From Acidobacteriota bacterium (GTDB lineage Bacteria; Acidobacteriota; UBA6911; RPQK01; JAJDTT01): a stretch of 64,000 nucleotides of DNA. The DNA lies in NCBI GenBank assembly GCA_965219855.1, contig CBDCOR010000026.1:134372-198371 (forward strand), in the 5' to 3' direction. The position numbers and the translations under genes were made by a program. The notes beneath the pieces were generated by a model, which worked only from the letters and a program-made list of their open reading frames with translations, did no database searches and was not told the DNA's origin. This document shows positions 48,077 through 60,863 of the stretch, one piece after another; within the stretch, counting starts at the first letter, position 1, and every line of letters begins with the position of its first letter.

Positions 48077-48330
48077 GTAATCGTCTGAACGTCTGAACGT
48101 CGCACGTTGCTGAGGAAGGCCTTTATTGATGTGAACTGCAATATTGCAAGGCCCTGTCCGGCAGAGTCGCGAACGACTTGACTTGTCAGCAAGATCAGCC
48201 CAAGTTTCGAGGAGAGAGCCGGACAACAGCAGAACCTCCCTCCTATGCCCGAGGAAAGTTTCTTTCTCGAATGGGGCCAGTGCTCCTTGACTAGGAGCCG
48301 CGAATCTTACCGAGCCGCGCGAATTCCATT

Positions 48331-49467
48331 GTGAGCGCTTCTATCAGAGATCTGACCCATCAGATCAAGGCAAAGGCCAGCGAACTGGGATTTGACGCAG
48401 TGGGTGTTGCGCCAGCGACGGTGATTCCCGAGGATCGTCTCCGGACCTGGCTGAAGAGCGGTTACCACGGCAAGATGGACTACATGACCCGTCAGGCCGA
48501 GAAGCGCTTGAATCCGGATAAAGTGCTGCCTGGAGTCCGATCGGTCCTTTGCGTCTTGCTCGACTACTACCATCCCTACGAGCTTCCCTATGACCAGCCC
48601 CACCTTGGCGTCGTCTCACGTTACGCGTCTGGAGAGGAATACCACCAGCTCATCCAGGAAAGACTGCGACAACTGTTGTTCGGCATCCGCTCTCTTCTGC
48701 CCCAGGTACAAGCCAAGCTCTACGTGGACACGGGGCCGGTCATGGATAAATACTGGGCCGCTCAGGCAGGTCTGGGTTGGCTGGGCAAACACACCAATCT
48801 GCTGGACCGGGATCGTGGCTCCTGGTTCTTCCTGGGTGAGATTCTGTTGGATGTCGAGTTGGAATACGACCAGCCCAGTTTCGATTTCTGTGGCACCTGC
48901 ACCCGCTGCATCGATGCCTGTCCCACCGACGCCATCGTCGATCCCTATGTGCTGGACGCCCGGCGCTGTATCTCTTATCTAACGATCGAGCTGCGCGACG
49001 ATATCCCGAACGAGCTCCGGGAGCCGATGAGCAACCTGGTTTTCGGCTGCGATATCTGTCAGGACGTTTGTCCCTGGAACCGGTCTGCTCCCGATTCCTC
49101 GGTTGCAGAATTCAAACCGCGTGAGCTAAATCGACAGCCAGAATTGAAGCGACTCGCCCAGATCACGCCAGAGCAGTTTCCCAAGAGATTTAGGAATAGC
49201 CCCATCAAACGGGCCAAGTGGAGAGGCTTGATGCGCAACGTCGCCGTCGCGATGGGCAATAGTAGAGATCCCAACCTGGTTCCGGAACTCAGCAAGCTTC
49301 TCGATTCGGAGGAGGCCATGGTTCGACGTCACGCCGCCTGGGCGCTGGCGCAAATCGCGACCTCGGAGGCGCTCGAGAGCATTCAAAGGCGCCTGGACCA
49401 GGAAGAAGACCGATCGACACGCGAGACTCTCGAGAGTCTGTTGGCCCCAGTCGCGCCCGGCCAGTGA
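48331..49467 (+). CDS. queG: tRNA epoxyqueuosine(34) reductase
   Basis: CGTCTRCIDACPTDAI and CDICQDVCPWN are the 4Fe-4S motifs; C-terminal HEAT-like repeats; 378 aa. Confidence 0.85.
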   Translation: MSASIRDLTHQIKAKASELGFDAVGVAPATVIPEDRLRTWLKSGYHGKMDYMTRQAEKRLNPDKVLPGVRSVLCVLLDYYHPYELPYDQPHLGVVSRYASGEEYHQLIQERLRQLLFGIRSLLPQVQAKLYVDTGPVMDKYWAAQAGLGWLGKHTNLLDRDRGSWFFLGEILLDVELEYDQPSFDFCGTCTRCIDACPTDAIVDPYVLDARRCISYLTIELRDDIPNELREPMSNLVFGCDICQDVCPWNRSAPDSSVAEFKPRELNRQPELKRLAQITPEQFPKRFRNSPIKRAKWRGLMRNVAVAMGNSRDPNLVPELSKLLDSEEAMVRRHAAWALAQIATSEALESIQRRLDQEEDRSTRETLESLLAPVAPGQ

Positions 49468-50110
49468 GCGGTGAGTAGTGAGCAGTGAGCAGTGAGTAGT
49501 GATCACTGCTGTCCGGTTAAAAGTCGAATGATATCAGGTGGTTAGCGATGCGACCTACTGGCCTTGCACGTCCCAATTCCTAAGTGGTTGAAGAATCAGG
49601 AGTTGCTAGAACGGGGTAATGCTGAAAATTGGCGTTAGCTTCTGGAGTGTTGGCGCCCTGAGCGCACGAGAACGAGGTGAATCCTGAAGGGATTCCGTAT
49701 TGCAGCCCAGGGTTTCCGAACCCTGGGTCAACGTCGTCTCCCCTTGGATTTCAACCCTGAATGGGTTGCGTACAGAAGGGCAGCGAGTGGGTCGGGGCGC
49801 AACCCTTACAGGGTTGATTAACAAGGGGTTAAATCTCTTACCCAGGGTTCGGAAACCCTGGGCTGGAATACGCAATCCCGTTGGGATTGACCTGGCTTGG
49901 TCGGACGGGACCCATTTCCCATCGTTTCCAACGCCAGGGTCGAACCGAACCCACACGAGTCGGGTAGGGGCGGCAGTCCGAGTTGAAGTCGATTCCAGTG
50001 TGCTATCCTTGTAACTAATTGATTAGACTTATGTTATCAAGATATCTGAATAGTTCAACCGGACAGTAGTGAGTAGTGATCAGTGGTCAGTGATTAGCAG
50101 TGAGCAGTTC
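49466..50110 (+). repeat. Copy 2 of the ~560-bp structured element, complete, with 10-bp terminal inverted repeats CTGTCCGGTT/AACCGGACAG and heptamer tracts on both sides
   Basis: It starts exactly at the queG stop codon. Element core 49503-50063; heptamers at 49466-49502 and 50061-50110. Internal CCCAGGGTT/AACCCTGGG hairpin pairs as in copy 1. Confidence 0.8.
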
Positions 50111-50197
50111 ACAGAAAACTTTGGGTTGCTTGCTAGCCGATGCCTCATCATTTGCCGATCGCGAAAAAACTACTCCCACTGCTCACTGTTCTACTCA

Positions 50198-50686
50198 CTA
50201 GTTCACGCGCTGGTTCGCAGCCTTGGCTTTTGCCGCTTTGGCCTGGGCAAACTTCTGCTTGAGTTCTTCGAGCTTTTCCTTATTTTCTTCCAGCGTCTTT
50301 TGGTTGATGACCTGGCCGATGAATTCTACGTGCAGAGTCCACGCCTGCTCGATCTGCAGGGTCTCAGGGTTGCGAAACCAGCACTCTTCCCAGAGGCGCT
50401 TGTTGTTGAGGTTGAGGGTGACCAGCTGCCCCGGTTGATACTCTTTCCGAGTTGGGAGTACATCCACCTCCATTAGCTCGTCGTCGGGGTCCAGGCCCTC
50501 AAGAATCACAATACGCGCGTCGGTCACCTCTTTCTCGCAAGCGGGATCGTCGTAGAAGGGAAGATCCATGTGGAGGACTCGGTAGGGGATAAAGGGTAGC
50601 TCATCGGTTTCTTCAGGCTTGGGATCAAAGCTTTCAGTGAGCGGTGCTGCCGACTTGCTCTTGAATAACTTTTTCAACTTCCCCAT
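50198..50686 (-). CDS. Hypothetical protein with a Lys/Ala-rich C-terminus
   Basis: 162 aa, no recognised domain. Its TAG stop is embedded in a degenerate CTCACTG tract (50175-50205). Confidence 0.45.
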   Translation of the reverse strand: MGKLKKLFKSKSAAPLTESFDPKPEETDELPFIPYRVLHMDLPFYDDPACEKEVTDARIVILEGLDPDDELMEVDVLPTRKEYQPGQLVTLNLNNKRLWEECWFRNPETLQIEQAWTLHVEFIGQVINQKTLEENKEKLEELKQKFAQAKAAKAKAANQRVN

Positions 50687-51038
50687 CGGAGTAACTCCTT
50701 TCGTCGTCCCTTTGGCGTGACTGGCAAGCGTGCTGCCGAAAGAAGAATCATACCAGGTAGAAGTGCTGCCTGTAACCGTATCTCCAAGCTGGTGGAAAAG
50801 GCAGATCTGCCCTCGAAATCGAGTCGCTTTCAGTGCCGAAAAAAGAGGTACTACAATCCTGTCGGATGAGGCAAGTTTCCTGCGGCTCTTCGGCTTGACC
50901 TGGGTCGGGAAAAAATGCTAGAAAGTAGCGTTTCCAAGCTAAGTGTCAGGGGCCACCCAAAAGCGGCCAGTGAGGGCCACTTCAAAACCGGCCATTTTCA
51001 AGAGCCATTGAGGGCCGCATCCGGCGTAGGATGCGCCG

Positions 51039-52428
51039 ATGGCCAATACATTGAAAATGGAAAAGAAGCAAACGGTTTTGGCGCTCCTGAAGCTGGGCTG
51101 GTCGTATCGTCGGATCGAGCGAGAGGTGGGAGTCCGACGAGAGACGATTGCCCGCTATGATCCCTCCCGAGATTCAAAACCGGCCAAAGTGGCCCCCGGC
51201 TCGGAGGAGCAAAAGCGGCCAAAGCGGCCCCCGGGTCTGCGCAGCTTCTGTGAGCCCTTTCGGGAGCAGATTGAAAAGAAACTCCAGCAGGGATTGCAGG
51301 CCAAGCGGATCTGGCAGGACCTGGTCTTCGAGCAGGGATTCGGGGGAGCCTACAACTCCGTCAAGCGCTTCTGTGGAAAGCTCAAGGCGGAGAGTCCTCG
51401 CGTGTTTGCTCGGGTGGAAACTCCCCCCGGTCGGGACCTGCAGATCGACTTCGGCAAAGGAGCCCTGACTCGGACCGAATCGGGTCGTTACCGCCGTCCT
51501 CATCTGAGGCGGCGTGGAGGTGGTTCGCCTCGATAACCTCAAGGCCGGGATCACCCGGGCTTGCTTGGTGGACCCCGAGGTCAATGCCGTCTTCAGTGCG
51601 CTCGCTCGCCACTACGGCTTCGCCGTGCTGCCCATCCATCCGGGCGCTCCGAACGAGAACGGAAAAGTCGAAAGAAGCATCGGATATACCGACTCCAGCG
51701 CGCTCAAAGCTCGCCGCTTCGAGAGCCTGGATGCGCAGAATGAGCATCTGCAGAGTTGGAACGAGCGAATCGCCCGCCAGCGCATCCACGGCACCACCAA
51801 GCAGCAGGTCTGGCCCCGCTTTGTCGAAGAACAGAAGCATCTCCGACCGCTTCCGGATTCCCGCTTCAGTTTCTTCCGCGTGGGCCGTCGAACGGTCTCC
51901 ACCGATGGCCACATCGAAGTCGACCGAGCGTTCTACTCGGTGCCCAATCATCTGCTCGGTTGTGAAGTCGCCGTGCACTGGGATGATCGTATCGTCCGCG
52001 TCTTCTTTCGTGAGCAACAGGTGGCCCTGCATCCGAAGCACCCGCCGGGGAGATTCCGAACCGAAACGAGCCATCTTCCGGAACGCAAACGCTACGCGCA
52101 CTATCGAACCGAGCATCATCTGCTGAAGCAAGCCCGAGCCGTGGGTCCAGAGGCGCACCGCTGGGCCGAGCGAGCTCTGGAGGTCCGAGACATGCTCGCC
52201 TACCGACTCGTGCAGGGCATGATCTCGCTGACCCGCCGCTACCGCGCTTCGGTCGTCGACGAAGCCTGCGGCAAGGCGCTCGCACATGACGCCTTCCGCT
52301 ACCGGACTCTGGTGGCTTTGTGTAAGCGACTGGACGTGCCGCAGCGCTCTTTGTTTACCTCCGAGCACGAGTTGATCCGACCGCTGTCCGAGTACCAGAT
52401 CACCGATCCCACAGGAGAACCAGAATGA
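51039..52428 (+). pseudogene. istA: istA with ~109-bp internal deletion and frameshift (two ORFs 51039-51536 and 51514-52428)
   Basis: Compared to copy A, the segment FKAVLCHSRHSYEEVVWRQELKTFIRCVEEAFHAFGGG is missing and the frame changes after ...RRPHL. Confidence 0.85.
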
Positions 52429-53198
52429 TCTCATCAGAACTGGAACAAAAACTTCGTCACCTCCGGCTCTCGGGCCTGGCTCAGGTCTTTGACGTTCGCC
52501 TGCAACAAGCCGTCCAGGGAAGGCTCAGCCATCAGGAGTTCTTTGAGCTGCTGATTGATGACGAGCTGACCCGCCGTCGGGACCGGCTGTTGGAGCGACG
52601 TTTGCGCCAGGCCCAGTTTCCGGAACAAAAGCACTTGGAGGACTTTAACTTCTCCTTTAACCCCTCCATCAACCGGCAGCAGATCTTCGATCTGGCTACC
52701 GGCCGATTCATCCAACAGCGCCGCGGCTGGTTGGTCATCGGTCAGACCGGAGTCGGCAAGAGCCATCTGATCATCACCGTCGGGATCAAGGCGGTCGAAG
52801 CCGGTCACCGGGTGCAGTACAAGTCGGCTTTCGATCTGCTGGAAGACATCGCCGAAGCCACGGCCACCGGCAGACGCCGATCTTACATTACGGAGATGAC
52901 CCGGATCCCGCTGCTGATCCTCGAGGATCTGGGACTCCGCAGAGTGCCGGAGTCGGCGGCAGAAGATCTGTTGGAGATCCTGCACCGCCGATACCAGAAG
53001 ACCTCGACGATCCTCAGTTCGAATCGACCCCTGGAGGACTGGGGCGCGATGCTGGGAGGAGATACGGCGGCCACCTCGGCGCTGCTGGACCGCTTCCTGC
53101 ACACTTCGGAAGTCACCTTCATTCGGGGCAAGAGCTATCGCCTCTACGAGCGACAGCAACGAGAGAAATCCACCCCGAAGCGAGGGAAAGAGAAATGA
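52425..53198 (+). CDS. istB: IS21-family IstB (copy B)
   Basis: Identical to the copy A IstB except for a single Q/R substitution near the N-terminus (MISSELEQKLR... vs MISSELERKLR...). Confidence 0.85.
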   Translation: MISSELEQKLRHLRLSGLAQVFDVRLQQAVQGRLSHQEFFELLIDDELTRRRDRLLERRLRQAQFPEQKHLEDFNFSFNPSINRQQIFDLATGRFIQQRRGWLVIGQTGVGKSHLIITVGIKAVEAGHRVQYKSAFDLLEDIAEATATGRRRSYITEMTRIPLLILEDLGLRRVPESAAEDLLEILHRRYQKTSTILSSNRPLEDWGAMLGGDTAATSALLDRFLHTSEVTFIRGKSYRLYERQQREKSTPKRGKEK

Positions 53199-53816
53199 CA
53201 CCTGCGAGGCGAGTGCTGTGAGTGCGGGCTTGTCCCCTACTCGCAGACCCTGGGACTCAGCCCCAGGCTTCGTAGATTGCCCGCTCCGAGGGAGGGGTCA
53301 GGACAGGGTGGGGCAGAGCTCATTGCTTGAGGGGCCTCTGAGCGAATGTTTTTTGAAAAAAGGAAGCCAGGAAGAAGCCGTGTCGTTGAAACCAAGCAGA
53401 GACCATGGAAGCCAGGCTTCTCGAGTTTCCCCCAACACCCCCGGAAAGCCGTGGAAACTGCCGCGCTATGGAAACCGTGGGAAAACGGCTGCCTCGCGAA
53501 GACGACTCCAGGAGGCGAGTTTTTCCACCGTTCCCACGGCGCTTGGAAAACTCCTCCGGACGGAGTTTCCCACAGTTCCCACCGCTTCTACGGCTGAACA
53601 CACAACAAAGCCTCCTCCCCCCGCTTCGCGGGGAGGGCTTCACAAGGGATTGAAATGACTCGAACCGGAGGATATAACTACTGAATCACTGGCCGCTTTT
53701 GAAGTGGCCCCCGACACTAAGTACACTGGAACGTATTTACGTTCCAGTGTACTAAGGAGAAATAGAGGTAAGGGTCTCGAAGCATCAAGCTCAGGATAGA
53801 ACTCGAGGATAGTGGA

Positions 53817-54356
53817 ATGACGTCCGCTGCGGCTCGAAAATATGCCCAGGCCCTGTTGGAGGTGACGGTCTCCGAGAAGCTGGAGGATCAGGTTCTGGAA
53901 GACCTTGGCTCCTTTGGAGAACTGCTGGAGGGCTCCTCCGAACTCACGGAGACACTCGCGAGTCCCGCGATTCCGATTGCGGTCAAGAGGGAGGTTCTGA
54001 GGCAGTTGGCCAGCAGGCTGTCTCTAGCTCCAATTGTGACCAACTTCATCCTGGTCCTCCTGCAAAACGCTCGACTCCCGCAGTTCGACGAATGTCTGGA
54101 AGCCTATCAACAAGCCTTGGACGCAAGTCACGGTGTTTTGAGGGCCGAGGTGTTTACATCGCGGAGATTGGACGACGGCCTCCGGCAGCGTCTCGAGGGG
54201 GAGGTCTCCTCGATGACCGGCAAGCAGTTGAAACTGCAGTACCATGAGGATGAGTCCCTGATTGGGGGGTTGAGAATCGAAGTTGGATCGAAAGTCTTTG
54301 ATGCTTCGGTCCGGACTCAATTGGACGGCATCCACCGACGTTTTGTGGGCTTGTAA
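53817..54356 (+). CDS. atpH: F0F1 ATP synthase subunit delta
   Basis: OSCP/delta length and motifs; first gene of the atpHAGDC block. Confidence 0.8.
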   Translation: MTSAAARKYAQALLEVTVSEKLEDQVLEDLGSFGELLEGSSELTETLASPAIPIAVKREVLRQLASRLSLAPIVTNFILVLLQNARLPQFDECLEAYQQALDASHGVLRAEVFTSRRLDDGLRQRLEGEVSSMTGKQLKLQYHEDESLIGGLRIEVGSKVFDASVRTQLDGIHRRFVGL

Positions 54357-54374
54357 GAGGGGATACCAAAGAGA

Positions 54375-55895
54375 ATGGCCATTAGAGCGGAAGAGATCAG
54401 TCAGATCATCAAGGAACAGATAAAAGACTACGATGCCGGCGTCGTGGTAAGCGAAGTGGGCACCGTTATCTCGTGCGGCGATGGCATTGCTCGCGTGCAT
54501 GGGCTCGAGAAGGCGATGGCTCTGGAACTGATCGAGTTCCCACACGAGGTGTACGGGCTGGCGTTCAATCTGGAGGAAGACAATGTCGGAACCGTACTTT
54601 TCGGGGAGTTCCATCACGTAAAAGAGGGTGATGTCGTCAAGCGAACCGGGGAAATCATGCAGGTCCCGGCGGGCGAGGCGATGCTGGGCCGTGTCGTGGA
54701 TGCCCTGGGGCGACCAGTGGACGGAAAGGGTCCTATCGACACCAAGGACTTTTGTCCGATCGAGAGGATAGCGCCTGGCGTTATCGAGCGACAGCCAGTC
54801 AGTGAGCCGCTTCAGACGGGTTTGAAGGCAATCGATTCCATGATTCCGATCGGTCGTGGACAGAGGGAGCTGATCATTGGTGATCGCCAGACCGGCAAGA
54901 CGGCCGTCGCTCTCGATACCATCATCAACCAGAAGGAATCCGGAGTCATCTCGATCTATGTGGCGATCGGACAGAAGCGGTCCACCATCGCTCAGGTGGT
55001 GAAGACCCTTGAGGAAGAAGGTGTGATGGACCAGAGCATCGTGGTGGCGGCATCGGCCTCCGACCCCGCGACCATGCAGTATCTGGCCCCCTACACCGGC
55101 TGTGCCATTGGAGAATACTTTCGCGACAGCGGCGAACACGCGCTGATTATCTATGATGATCTGTCCAAGCACGCTGCTTCTTATCGGGAGATTTCCCTGC
55201 TGATGAGACGACCGCCAGGACGCGAGGCTTTCCCTGGGGACGTCTTCTACCTCCACAGCCGTCTCCTGGAGCGGGCGGCCAAGCTCAGTGACGACCTCGA
55301 TGGGGGTAGCCTCACCGCTCTCCCCATCATCGAGACCCAGGCGGGCGATGTCTCAGCCTATATCCCCACCAACGTCATTTCTATTACCGACGGCCAGATC
55401 TATCTGGAGACCGATCTCTTTCACTCCGGAATCCGCCCCGCCATCAGCGTAGGCGTATCGGTAAGTCGAGTCGGAGGTTCGGCTCAAAGGAAGGCGATGA
55501 AGCAGGTGGCCGGTACACTTCGTCTGGATTTGGCGCAGTACCGTGAGCTAGCCGCGTTCGCCCAGTTTGGTTCCGACCTCGACGTTGCCTCCCAGCGCCA
55601 GTTGGCCCGAGGAGTCCGTTTGACCGAAATCCTCAAGCAGCCACAGTATCAGCCGGTGCCCGTGGAAAGACAGATCCTCCTCATTTTCGCTGGCACTCAG
55701 GGCCACCTGGATGATCTCGAACTGTCGGAGATTCGTGCATTCGAGCTTGGATTGTATGATTTCGTCGAGGCCAGTCACCCGTCTCTATTTACAGACATCC
55801 TTGAAAAGAAGACCCTGGATGATGAGCTGAAGCAGAACGTGACGGACGTTATCACCGAGTTCAAAGAGCGCTTTGAAGCAGAAAAGGCCGCATAA
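54375..55895 (+). CDS. atpA: F0F1 ATP synthase subunit alpha
   Basis: GDRQTGKT P-loop; 506 aa. Confidence 0.95.
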   Translation: MAIRAEEISQIIKEQIKDYDAGVVVSEVGTVISCGDGIARVHGLEKAMALELIEFPHEVYGLAFNLEEDNVGTVLFGEFHHVKEGDVVKRTGEIMQVPAGEAMLGRVVDALGRPVDGKGPIDTKDFCPIERIAPGVIERQPVSEPLQTGLKAIDSMIPIGRGQRELIIGDRQTGKTAVALDTIINQKESGVISIYVAIGQKRSTIAQVVKTLEEEGVMDQSIVVAASASDPATMQYLAPYTGCAIGEYFRDSGEHALIIYDDLSKHAASYREISLLMRRPPGREAFPGDVFYLHSRLLERAAKLSDDLDGGSLTALPIIETQAGDVSAYIPTNVISITDGQIYLETDLFHSGIRPAISVGVSVSRVGGSAQRKAMKQVAGTLRLDLAQYRELAAFAQFGSDLDVASQRQLARGVRLTEILKQPQYQPVPVERQILLIFAGTQGHLDDLELSEIRAFELGLYDFVEASHPSLFTDILEKKTLDDELKQNVTDVITEFKERFEAEKAA

Positions 55896-55912
55896 GCACT
55901 TAGATCCCCGAC

Positions 55913-58257
<2,345 letters not shown>

Positions 58258-58300
58258 AATTCGTCTGAACGTTGCTTGGATTGGGTAAAGTGGGGTCGAG

Positions 58301-58705
58301 ATGATCAAGTTGGAAGTCGTGGTTCCGGATGGCCTGGTCTTCAGCGGCGAGGTGGATGAGGTGACGCTGCCCGGTGCCGGGGGCTATTTCGGGATCTTGC
58401 CCCAGCATGCTCCGCTGCTTTCGGAGCTCCGGGTCGGCATCCTCTCCTATCGGGTGGGATCGGATGTTACCGAGCTCTTCTGTCGGGCAGGATTTGCCGA
58501 GGTGCTCGCTGACAAGGTGACCGTCCTGGCGGAGAAGGCAGAGAGCGCCGATCAGGTCGATGCGGATCAAGCTCGCGAAGACAAGGAGCAGGCGCGGCGG
58601 GTACTGGCGGCTAACGATCCGGATACCGACTACGATGAAGCGATGCTGCTTTTGGAGCAAGCCGAAACTCGTCTGCAACTGCTTGGGCCCTCGACCCACC
58701 TGTGA
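58301..58705 (+). CDS. atpC: F0F1 ATP synthase subunit epsilon
   Basis: 134 aa; N-terminal beta-sandwich plus a C-terminal helical hairpin; follows atpD. Confidence 0.85.
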   Translation: MIKLEVVVPDGLVFSGEVDEVTLPGAGGYFGILPQHAPLLSELRVGILSYRVGSDVTELFCRAGFAEVLADKVTVLAEKAESADQVDADQAREDKEQARRVLAANDPDTDYDEAMLLLEQAETRLQLLGPSTHL

Positions 58706-58867
58706 GCTTTGGGTTGATCAAGGCTCTCACCCTTCCCGAATTCACCTCCCCCATCGTCTCACTAGGCTGGGCTGGAAAACCCGGGTTGGGCCGCGGTCGT
58801 GCCGACACCCGGCTGCTAGACCCGATGTGAGAAATTCGGGATAATAGGTGCTGTTACGAGCTTGTGG

Positions 58868-58941
58868 TGGGGGATGGTGTAATGGCAACACGCGTGGCTC
58901 TGGACCACATGATCGGGGTTCGACTCCCTGTCCCCCAGCCA
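58868..58941 (+). tRNA. tRNA-Gln (anticodon CUG)
   Basis: Hand fold: 7-bp acceptor TGGGGGA/TCCCCCA, D arm GTGT-AATGGCA-ACAC, anticodon stem with loop CTCTGGA, T arm CGGGG-TTCGACT-CCCTG, discriminator G plus CCA. The 3' half is near-identical to E. coli tRNA-Gln. Confidence 0.75.
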
Positions 58942-59030
58942 ACCTCCACGCGCTCGGTACGAGCTTCAACTCTGATCTCTTGACGCGAAGTTCCAACTCC
59001 ATTGGAAAGGTTTCTTCGAGGAGGCTTAAG

Positions 59031-59540
59031 ATGACGAGAAGACTGACTGTCCTGTTCTTACTCTGTACGCATTTTTCTGTGATTGTTTATTCGGCCGACC
59101 GGGGGCTTTCGACAGTTAAACTGGCTGGTGGGCCCGTCACCGTCAAGTATGGTCGTCCGGAGCTGGGTGGGCGCGATATGCTCGGAAGGGCCGAGCAGGG
59201 TATGGTGTGGCGGTTGGGTATGAACCAGACAACCACCTTGACCACCGAAGTGCCGCTCAGGCTTGGAGACAGTAAGGTAGACAGGGGTATCTATTCCTTG
59301 CTTGCAGAGTGCACTAGGGTGGACAGCTGGCAGCTGATCGTGAACTCTGTGCCGGAACTGCGGGGCAGTAATCGAGATCCTGCAAAGGACGTAGCGGTGG
59401 TCGCTCTGCAGACGAGCGAAGTAAAGCCGAGTATCGAGATACTCACTCTTTCCTTGAAACGCACCAGCGACACGTCCGTTGAGTTTTCAATAGAGTGGGG
59501 AAACCGAAAACTCACAACGGTTTTCGAAACCCCGGAATGA
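59031..59540 (+). CDS. Hypothetical secreted protein (~169 aa)
   Basis: GAGGAGG RBS at 59019-59025 precedes ATG 59031. Signal peptide MTRRLTVLFLLCTHFSVIVYSA. The track ORF start at 58848 overlaps the tRNA and is an over-extension. Confidence 0.55.
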   Translation: MTRRLTVLFLLCTHFSVIVYSADRGLSTVKLAGGPVTVKYGRPELGGRDMLGRAEQGMVWRLGMNQTTTLTTEVPLRLGDSKVDRGIYSLLAECTRVDSWQLIVNSVPELRGSNRDPAKDVAVVALQTSEVKPSIEILTLSLKRTSDTSVEFSIEWGNRKLTTVFETPE

Positions 59541-59544
59541 GGCT

Positions 59545-60084
59545 TTACTTTCCGGGAAGACGCTCGAGTTCGATGTCTAGATGCAGTGTCCGATCGGGAA
59601 CGACTTCCATCCTCGCGTTGAACGCACGGTAGCCTGGGTATTCGACCTTCAGGTCGTGCTCTCCCTCAAGGACGGAGTAGCTGTTCCGCTTGGTGGAAAA
59701 AGCCTGAGCGCTGCCGATCACCCGGCCATCCACATAGACCCGAGCCCTCACCGGCACTACGCGAAAGATCAGATCCGAGGTGTTGGCCCTAATCAGGCCT
59801 TTGTCTCTGGGGCTGTTGAGGATGATCTGGTAGGTGCCCCGAGGTTGAAGGCCGGGAAATAGCCGATCGTCGGCATTAGGGTAGTAATCATAGTAGCTGG
59901 GCGGATGATACACATAACTTCGATTGTAGTGCAGCCTGGACACGTAGAGGTCAGGGCGGACGTGGAACAGGTTACGCGGCGGCAGGAAAAAGTGTCCGCG
60001 GGACTTCGAACCTCGGTACTGCTCACCTCGACCCATGCCGACCAGAAACGAGCAGAGCGCAATAAGCACCAGGAACTTCCGCAT
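59545..60084 (-). CDS. Secreted protein with a C-terminal PEGA-like domain
   Basis: Signal peptide MRKFLVLIALCSFLVG; C-terminal VYVDGRVIGSAQ...LEGEHDLKVEYPGYRAFNARMEVVPDRTLHLDIEL resembles PEGA. Confidence 0.5.
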   Translation of the reverse strand: MRKFLVLIALCSFLVGMGRGEQYRGSKSRGHFFLPPRNLFHVRPDLYVSRLHYNRSYVYHPPSYYDYYPNADDRLFPGLQPRGTYQIILNSPRDKGLIRANTSDLIFRVVPVRARVYVDGRVIGSAQAFSTKRNSYSVLEGEHDLKVEYPGYRAFNARMEVVPDRTLHLDIELERLPGK

Positions 60085-60180
60085 GGTTTCTCTATTCTAG
60101 CATTCTAGATGGAAAACGCATGTCAAAAGGTTCATCGAGGTGATGCAGTCGGTCTTTGATCTCTCCGTTCCTACGATCCC

Positions 60181-60795
60181 TCAGTAAGTACCGGAGCCCT
60201 CGCTCGGGGACGACAGGGGACGTGCCAACTCGATGATGCCGCACGCCAAGGGCACCCCGGCGCCTCCTGCGGGCTGGGTCTGGAGGTCATCTTCTTGCGA
60301 ATGAACCATGATCCCGAGTCCCAGAACGGACTTCGGACCCTCAGACAGGGTAGCGAAGTCCACCGTCATTTCCAGATGAGCTACTCCACTCCCATCAGCC
60401 TCGATATTTCCTAGATCTCCGACGTGGTGTTCGGACGAGGTGGGTCCGCCATGTTTACTCTGCTGAGGGTTGAAGTGTTCTCCGGGGTCTTGCGTCTGGG
60501 GCGAGCTGCAGTCGCCGTTTTGGTGAATATGCAGGCCGTGTCTCCCAGCCAGAAGCCCGGCTACGTGGGCCACGATCTGGAGCTTGCCATCCGCCTCCCG
60601 AAGACTGACGATTCCTTCGACCGCGCTCCCAGGTGTGGGCTTCAGCTGCGAAACTGCCTCCAGGACTGAAGCCGGCGTCCGGTTTTCTTGCTGACCGCCA
60701 TGCTCTTCGTTCTTTGGCGGCTGATCCGACGACGGTGCACAGACCGCCAGGAGCAGCAAGGGAAGCGCTGTTTCCCATCCCATCCCTATCTTCAT
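60181..60795 (-). CDS. sodC: Periplasmic Cu/Zn superoxide dismutase
   Basis: HGLHIHQNGDC...GEHFNP...HGGP...HVGDLGN...GLGIMVHS...ACGII are the SodC metal-ligand motifs. Start taken at MKIGMGW (60795); the track start at 60840 reads into the heptamer tract. Confidence 0.85.
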   Translation of the reverse strand: MKIGMGWETALPLLLLAVCAPSSDQPPKNEEHGGQQENRTPASVLEAVSQLKPTPGSAVEGIVSLREADGKLQIVAHVAGLLAGRHGLHIHQNGDCSSPQTQDPGEHFNPQQSKHGGPTSSEHHVGDLGNIEADGSGVAHLEMTVDFATLSEGPKSVLGLGIMVHSQEDDLQTQPAGGAGVPLACGIIELARPLSSPSEGSGTY

Positions 60796-60828
60796 GGGTT
60801 CAAACTGCTCTCTATTCTCTATTGTCTT

Positions 60829-60863
60829 TTCATTGCTCACTGCTCACTGCTCACTGCTCACTG
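60829..60863. repeat. CTCACTG x5 tandem heptamers abutting the stop codon of the 60858-61826 gene (CAGTGAG on its sense strand)
   Basis: Read directly from the sequence. Confidence 0.85.

Larger units (their letters stand above)
50944..53715 (+). mobile_element. IS21-family insertion sequence, copy B (inverted relative to copy A); transposase inactivated by an internal deletion
   Basis: Same termini as copy A (TGTCAGGGGCCAC.../...GGCCCCCGACA). It is ~133 bp shorter: it lacks ~109 bp inside istA and a 24-bp sub-terminal repeat. It is flanked by CTAAG on both sides. Confidence 0.85.

Noticed and set aside
24670-53715. Composite transposon formed by the two IS21 copies
   Set aside because: The intervening 23 kb is core housekeeping DNA (dxr, uppS, cdsA, acnA, truA). 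The copies are inverted and one lacks a functional transposase. An inversion substrate, yes; a mobile composite unit, unlikely.
58742-59002. 86-aa minus-strand ORF and the 58848 start of the + strand ORF
   Set aside because: Both overlap the tRNA-Gln gene. The downstream protein has a clean RBS and signal peptide starting at 59031.
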